Below are positions 59,006 to 64,000 of a stretch of 64,000 bases of DNA, one piece after another (the stretch's first letter is position 1; each line of letters opens with the position of its first letter). The notes beneath the pieces were generated by a model that searched no databases, was not told the origin of the DNA, and was given only the letters and a program-made list of their open reading frames with translations. The stretch comes from an uncultured Bacteroidales bacterium (lineage in GTDB: Bacteria > Bacteroidota > Bacteroidia > Bacteroidales > UBA932): contig ONKO01000005.1 in the NCBI GenBank assembly GCA_900318445.1, forward strand, positions 31,631 through 95,630, in the 5' to 3' direction. Position numbers and translations under genes: made by a program.

Positions 59006-59917
59006 ATGACAGAAGATCCGCTCGAAAGAATTGAACGCGAAGAGCGTGAAAGAAAAGAGAAAAAAGGTCCCCGCACCGTTATGACCGCTCTGGCCGCAGT
59101 TGCCGCAGTCCTTGCCTGCATACTGGCCTACATGCTGTATCAACGCAATACCCTTGTCAATCAACTGGAAGGAGAAAAAGCAGAACTTGCCCAGCAAATG
59201 GTTGCCCTCCAGGAAGATTTCTCGGCCCTGAACTCGGACTATGAGAACATCAATCACCAGCTTGACACCTCCCGCGAACAGGTTGCCATGCTCATTGAGA
59301 AACTGAACAAGACCCAGGCCACCAACCGCGCCAAAATCCGTCAGTATGAGAAAGAGCTGGGCACCCTCCGCGCCATCATGAAGGGCTACATTGTCCAGAT
59401 TGACTCCCTCAACACCCTCAACAAGAAACTTACGGCCGATGCCGCCGCAGCCCGCCGCGAAGCCGCCGAAAGCCGCCGCGCCAACGAAGAGCTGAGCGCC
59501 CAGGTAGAGAACCTCTCCACCCAGGTAAGCGCCGGCAAGGTGCTGCGTGCCCGTGCCATTTCCCTCGCCGGCTACTACGGCAACGACAAGCAGGGAGACC
59601 GCCACAGCCGCGTCCGCTACATGATCGCAGGCCTCTCACTGGTAGAGAACTCCCTGGCCGACCGCGGCCCCGTCCGAGTGTACGTGCGCGTCAAGGATCC
59701 GGAGGGCGTGCTCCTGATGAACAACGAATCCGTAGAGTTCATCGTGAACGGACAGGCCCTGCAGGCCACCGCCTCCCGTGAAGTGGACTACGAAGGCTCC
59801 GAGGTGGACATGTCCATCTACATCAACGACACCGGCGAGTTCATCAAGGGCGTCTACACCCTGGAAGTATACACGGAACAGAGCCTTCTGGGCCGCGCCG
59901 AATGCATGCTGCGCTGA
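59006..59917 (+). CDS. conserved single-TM coiled-coil protein
   Basis: TM at N-terminus, long heptad region (ELGTLRAIMKGYIVQIDSLN), beta-rich C-terminal domain. Confidence 0.7.
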   Translation: MTEDPLERIEREERERKEKKGPRTVMTALAAVAAVLACILAYMLYQRNTLVNQLEGEKAELAQQMVALQEDFSALNSDYENINHQLDTSREQVAMLIEKLNKTQATNRAKIRQYEKELGTLRAIMKGYIVQIDSLNTLNKKLTADAAAARREAAESRRANEELSAQVENLSTQVSAGKVLRARAISLAGYYGNDKQGDRHSRVRYMIAGLSLVENSLADRGPVRVYVRVKDPEGVLLMNNESVEFIVNGQALQATASREVDYEGSEVDMSIYINDTGEFIKGVYTLEVYTEQSLLGRAECMLR

Positions 59918-59918
59918 T

Positions 59919-60995
59919 ATGATCTACATCCACGTTCCCTTCTGCAAGAGTTTTTGCACGTACTGTGACTTCTACTCCGAGATAGCGGAAGAAGGCATGT
60001 TCAGCCGCTATACGGATGAAGTGTGCGAGGAAATCCGCCGGCGCAGGAAGGAAATGGACAGTCAGCTCCACACCCTCTACTTCGGAGGCGGCACGCCGTC
60101 CCTGCTCCCGCTCGGAGACCTCACCCGCATCCTCCTCACGCTGGACGAAGTGGGCATGGGCGGTCCCTACAGGGAATTCACCCTGGAAGTAAACCCGGAG
60201 GACATCCTGGAAAAGGGTCTCCCCTACCTGCAAAGCCTGCGATCGCTGGGGGTAAACCGTATCAGCATGGGCGTACAGTCCTTCAACAACACCCTGCTGC
60301 GCTGGATGAACCGCCGCCACGACGCCGAGGGCGCCCGGCAGGCCTTCCGTCTCATCCGGGAAGCCGGTTTCCAGAACGTGAGCATAGACCTCATCTTCGG
60401 GCTCAGCAACCTTTCGGGAGACGTCTGGCAGAAGACCATCGACGAAGCCGTAGCCCTGAATCCGGAGCACATCTCCTGCTACCAGCTCACCGTGGATGGA
60501 GACAGCGTGCTGGCCATGCGCCTGGAAAACGGAGAGTACGAAGAAGCCTCCGATGAAGTGTGCCGCCGCCAGTACGACATCCTCTGCGAAAAACTGCGGG
60601 TTGCCGGCTACCACCACTACGAGATTTCCAATTTTGCCAAGCCCGGCTTCGAGGCCGTCCATAACAGAGGCTACTGGGAGCGTCGCCCGTATGTGGGCCT
60701 GGGCCCTGCCGCCCACTCCTTCAGCGGCCGCGGCCGCAGCTGGAACAGCGCCGAGCTGGACGGCTACACCCACACCGAGGAATCCCTGAGCGTGGAGGAC
60801 GAGAAAGTGGAAACCCTGATGCTGGCCCTGAGAACCTCCGACGGGGTAGACGCCGAATTCCTCCAGGCCAACTGCTTCCCCGGCAGCATTGAGCAGCTCA
60901 TGGCCGAGGGTGCCCTGATCAAAACAGGGCGCCGCTACCGCATTCCCGAAGACCACTTCTTTGTTTCCGACGAAATCATCCGACAACTGGTATGA
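59919..60995 (+). CDS. hemW: radical SAM heme chaperone HemW
   Basis: IYIHVPFCKSFCTYCDF, GGGTPS, YEISNFA, HNRGYW. Confidence 0.88.
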   Translation: MIYIHVPFCKSFCTYCDFYSEIAEEGMFSRYTDEVCEEIRRRRKEMDSQLHTLYFGGGTPSLLPLGDLTRILLTLDEVGMGGPYREFTLEVNPEDILEKGLPYLQSLRSLGVNRISMGVQSFNNTLLRWMNRRHDAEGARQAFRLIREAGFQNVSIDLIFGLSNLSGDVWQKTIDEAVALNPEHISCYQLTVDGDSVLAMRLENGEYEEASDEVCRRQYDILCEKLRVAGYHHYEISNFAKPGFEAVHNRGYWERRPYVGLGPAAHSFSGRGRSWNSAELDGYTHTEESLSVEDEKVETLMLALRTSDGVDAEFLQANCFPGSIEQLMAEGALIKTGRRYRIPEDHFFVSDEIIRQLV

Positions 60996-61459
60996 AATAC
61001 ATCAGAAGATCTGTAAAATACTTTATCCAGCTCACCCTCATTTTCACCGTGCTCATCGCCATCCTGATGCTGTCGGGCATGGTGGAGAAAGACGTCGCCG
61101 CCGCCTTCCGCCGCGGCTGGGACTCCGTCTGGATGATCCTGGGCGTATTTGCGGCCATGTCGGCCCTGTACCCGCGGTTTGGCTACACCACCCGCAAGGT
61201 ATCCGTCAAGGGAGAGCCCTCGGAGCTCTGGCCGGGAGTAGAAGAAGTGATGAAGGGCCGCGGCTATGAGAGCGCCGGTGAAGCGCCGGACGGAGGCCGC
61301 CGTTACCATCTGGGCAGCGTCGTCAACCGGGCTGCAAGACTCTGGGAAGACACCATTACCATTACCCCGGTGCTGGGAGGATTCCAGGCAGAAGGCCTGG
61401 CAAGGGACCTGGCCCGGGTCATCTCATCCATTGACCATAAATTTAACCGCTATGAGTGA
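60992..61459 (+). CDS. hypothetical 2-TM membrane protein
   Basis: ATGA overlap with hemW; two hydrophobic segments. Confidence 0.65.
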   Translation: MKYIRRSVKYFIQLTLIFTVLIAILMLSGMVEKDVAAAFRRGWDSVWMILGVFAAMSALYPRFGYTTRKVSVKGEPSELWPGVEEVMKGRGYESAGEAPDGGRRYHLGSVVNRAARLWEDTITITPVLGGFQAEGLARDLARVISSIDHKFNRYE

Positions 61460-61676
61460 TTCTCAAGGATTCAAGACCGTCGCCACCTTCACCGACAGGG
61501 TGCAGGCCGACATGTGCGTCGCGCTGCTGGGAGACAACGACATCCCCGCCGGCGTGTTTGGCGCAGACTCCTCCTATCCTTCCCTGGGCTATGCCAGGCC
61601 TATCGAAGTGAAAGTGAATGAAACCGACTACGAGGCGGCTATCAGCATCCTGGCAGCCTCGGCCAAGGCAGAGTAG
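61452..61676 (+). CDS. DUF2007-like small protein
   Basis: MSDSQGFKTVATF...LLGDNDIPA...IEVKVNETDYEAA. Confidence 0.65.
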   Translation: MSDSQGFKTVATFTDRVQADMCVALLGDNDIPAGVFGADSSYPSLGYARPIEVKVNETDYEAAISILAASAKAE

Positions 61677-62236
61677 AACTCCTGTCCAAAAGCTTCTGTA
61701 AGCGGCCCGCGGAGGAATTCGTAAACCCGGATTCCTTCGCGGCGCCCTTTTTCATAGGCCTCCTTGCAAATAGCCCACCGGTGCAGGTTCAGGCCCACCC
61801 GGCCGCCGCCGAGGTCTGCCACCCGGATGGGATAGAGGCTGCAGGAAATGGGCTTGCGGAAAGATCCCTTCCCCGCGCAGAACTGCCGTTCAATGGCGCA
61901 CATGCAGCTGCCGTCGGCCGTAAAATGACAGTAGGCACACTCCTCGCTGCCATCCACGACGGGCGTCACCAGGTCTCCGTCCCGGTCAATTTCGAAGAAC
62001 CCTTTGGCATCTATCGTCGCACGGCCCTCATCCCGCATGAGCGGGCTGTAGATGGGATAATTGGCCTCCAGAGGCTCCAGCTCCTCCTCCTTGAGGGGCG
62101 CACCGCTGTCTCCGATGATGCAGCACTTTCCCTTGCACACGGGATAGTCGCAGGCGAAAAACTCCATCACCACGTCCTCGGACACAAGGACGTCTCCAAT
62201 CTCGATGATTGTACCAAAATCTTTTCGCTTACTCAT
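61628..62236 (-). CDS. DUF3109 Cys-rich protein
   Basis: FACDYPVCKGKCCIIGDSGAP, KPISCSLYPIR. Confidence 0.85.
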   Translation of the reverse strand: MSKRKDFGTIIEIGDVLVSEDVVMEFFACDYPVCKGKCCIIGDSGAPLKEEELEPLEANYPIYSPLMRDEGRATIDAKGFFEIDRDGDLVTPVVDGSEECAYCHFTADGSCMCAIERQFCAGKGSFRKPISCSLYPIRVADLGGGRVGLNLHRWAICKEAYEKGRREGIRVYEFLRGPLTEAFGQEFYSALAEAARMLIAAS

Positions 62237-64000
62237 GGGTAATGTATTCGATGCGTCCACCCTCGGAAAGGGCTTTCAGGAAGGACTGGACCTGTTCGCC
62301 GTCAATGTCGGCGATGGACTCGGCGTAACGGGAAGTGATGTCTTTGTTGGCCGAGTAGCGGGCAAGCAGCGAGGAGACAATGCCCTCCGGCGTAGCCAGG
62401 ACCTGGCGCACATGCGCATCCAGCTTCTGCTTCCAGGCCTTGATGTCGGAGGTGGAAGACTCTTCCGCGGCGGCATCGGCAATGGCCGCCCGTACGGAAG
62501 GAAGGGCCTCGAGCGGAGCGCCGGGGCACAGAATGAGCACCTGGAAGCGCTCCTGCGGCTGCACGCAGTAACGAAGCTCCACGCCGGCTTTGACGCCGTA
62601 TCCGGCAAGATGGCGGGCCAGTGACATGCGCAGGGCATCCAGCGCCACCTGAGCCGTATAGAAATGGCCGGCCGTCATGCTCATTTCGGTATCCATGAGT
62701 ACGTAGAAACCGGGCGCTCCGGTACCGGTCAGGGCAGAGACACCGCTGAGCGTATGCATCTCTACCGGATGGCGCACCACCGACCCGCGAAGGGTGCGGA
62801 AACCGCCCAGGTACTTCATGAGCATTTTCTTGACGCCTTCCTCGGGGATGTCTCCCGAGAGAATGAGGACACCGTCATTCACGCGTGAAAAACGGTCTTC
62901 AAAGAACTTGTGGGCCTTGGTACGCACGTCGTCGGACGGTACCCGGGCCGATACATACGGGCTATAGGCATAGCCGGGATTCAGCGCCTGGAAGAGGGTT
63001 CCTTCCAGCGAAGGGCCCTGGAGCTGCTGCTTCGCGCGGAAAGCGTGGAAGGCATCGGCATTGGGAGTACGCCGGTTGGCGATGGCGAGGAAGGCCTTGA
63101 GGAGCAGGGAAAGCTTGTCGGACGGGGCGCTGCCGCTGATGTCCATGCTGTTGAGCTCCACATGCGTCTGCATGGAAATGCCATTTGCAAGGAGCATATC
63201 CTGGAAAGTGCCGGGAGCAAGGCCGGCCACATTATACAAGGGCAGAAGCGCTCCGATGTAAGCTCCTTCGCCCTCGGAGAGACCCTGTACCTGAGACAAG
63301 CCTCCGTTCAGCTGAAGGGCATAGGAGAAGTAGCCTGAGCCTTTCACCTGTTTGTACACGACCCGCATGCCGTTGGAGAAAGTCCAGAGCACGCCGCCGG
63401 AAACAGGTTCTGCCCTTTCGCTCTTAAGCTTGACCTTGGACGGGCTCACATGCAGGGCGGCGGTATCGGCCGAGTGCCAGGAATAATCCTTGCCGGAAGC
63501 GACTACGGAGCCATACAGGTAATGAAGGTTATAATCAAAGAGAAGCTCGTCGGTGTCCAGGGAGTCCGGAGCGCCCGTAATGGCCAGGGTGAAATTGTCC
63601 AGGCGGCCCCAAAGAGCCTGCGCGTAACGGTTGAAAAGACGCGTCTCCACACTGTCGGCCACGTTTTTCCGGGAAAAATAGCGCAGCGTCTCCGCACCGG
63701 TAGCCAGATGTGCTCCATACAGGAAGTGTCCCATGCAACGCTCTACGTATTCACGGGCAGAAGGTGTGACCGCCGCCGCCCGGTGCATGCCCGGCAGCAG
63801 CACCTGCTTCACGTCGGAAAACTCCGCGGTGGAAACGCCGAAATCGTCCAACTCTCCAAGGGTCCGGGCCATCACCTTCATGGCCAGGGTGAGCTGCTCC
63901 TTCGGAACTTCCACATACACGGTATGCCGTTCGTCTCCGCCATGGGACTCACTTCTGCGCGCATCCATGCCAATGTAATAGCCGTCAATTCCCTCGTCGG
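62229..64000 (-). CDS. M16 (insulinase/PqqL-like) peptidase-family protein, C-terminal part (runs off window end)
   Basis: WTFSNGMRVVYK and LILSGDI...KYLGG repeat motifs. Confidence 0.65.
   Translation of the reverse strand, partial: DEGIDGYYIGMDARRSESHGGDERHTVYVEVPKEQLTLAMKVMARTLGELDDFGVSTAEFSDVKQVLLPGMHRAAAVTPSAREYVERCMGHFLYGAHLATGAETLRYFSRKNVADSVETRLFNRYAQALWGRLDNFTLAITGAPDSLDTDELLFDYNLHYLYGSVVASGKDYSWHSADTAALHVSPSKVKLKSERAEPVSGGVLWTFSNGMRVVYKQVKGSGYFSYALQLNGGLSQVQGLSEGEGAYIGALLPLYNVAGLAPGTFQDMLLANGISMQTHVELNSMDISGSAPSDKLSLLLKAFLAIANRRTPNADAFHAFRAKQQLQGPSLEGTLFQALNPGYAYSPYVSARVPSDDVRTKAHKFFEDRFSRVNDGVLILSGDIPEEGVKKMLMKYLGGFRTLRGSVVRHPVEMHTLSGVSALTGTGAPGFYVLMDTEMSMTAGHFYTAQVALDALRMSLARHLAGYGVKAGVELRYCVQPQERFQVLILCPGAPLEALPSVRAAIADAAAEESSTSDIKAWKQKLDAHVRQVLATPEGIVSSLLARYSANKDITSRYAESIADIDGEQVQSFLKALSEGGRIEYITHE

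Noticed and set aside
59778-59918. N-terminal extension of HemW in the ORF track
   Set aside because: Overlaps the upstream gene; HemW homology begins at ATG 59919.

Overview
GC-rich Bacteroidota (Bacteroidales-type) chromosomal segment, judged from many TAnnTTTG '-7' promoter boxes and the gene content. It is mostly housekeeping and envelope genes: trmB, gldH/PSP1/holB, trxA, an RND efflux operon, lgt, pgk, menG/ubiE, yidD, rnpA, hemD, malQ, rsgA, a MATE, a TonB-dependent receptor, metK, smpB, miaA-like, M23 peptidases, alaS, thiN, pyrH, sdhC, trpB2, pepP, hemW and an M16 peptidase. No rRNA, tRNA or CRISPR array was seen. Signals not explained by ordinary annotation: (1) seven copies of a fixed-geometry 90-bp element (25-bp dyad box + 40-bp palindromic core + 25-bp dyad box, always TAA...TTA) with two different cores, one copy read in frame inside the MATE gene; (2) a REP-associated-type HUH tyrosine transposase flanked by directly repeated hairpin doublets, plus other multi-hairpin repeats, including a 117-bp inverted pair around smpB-miaA; (3) one ORF joining an LptF/G permease to methionyl-tRNA formyltransferase; (4) a MiaA paralog lacking its insertion domain; (5) a candidate acyl-ACP synthetase/ACP/ceramide-synthase-like cluster; (6) a SAM-II-type riboswitch with terminator before metK and a Trp attenuator before trpB2; (7) an AT-rich CsgG/DUF4810/DUF799 islet with a frameshift. 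All family calls come from motif recognition by eye, not database searches.
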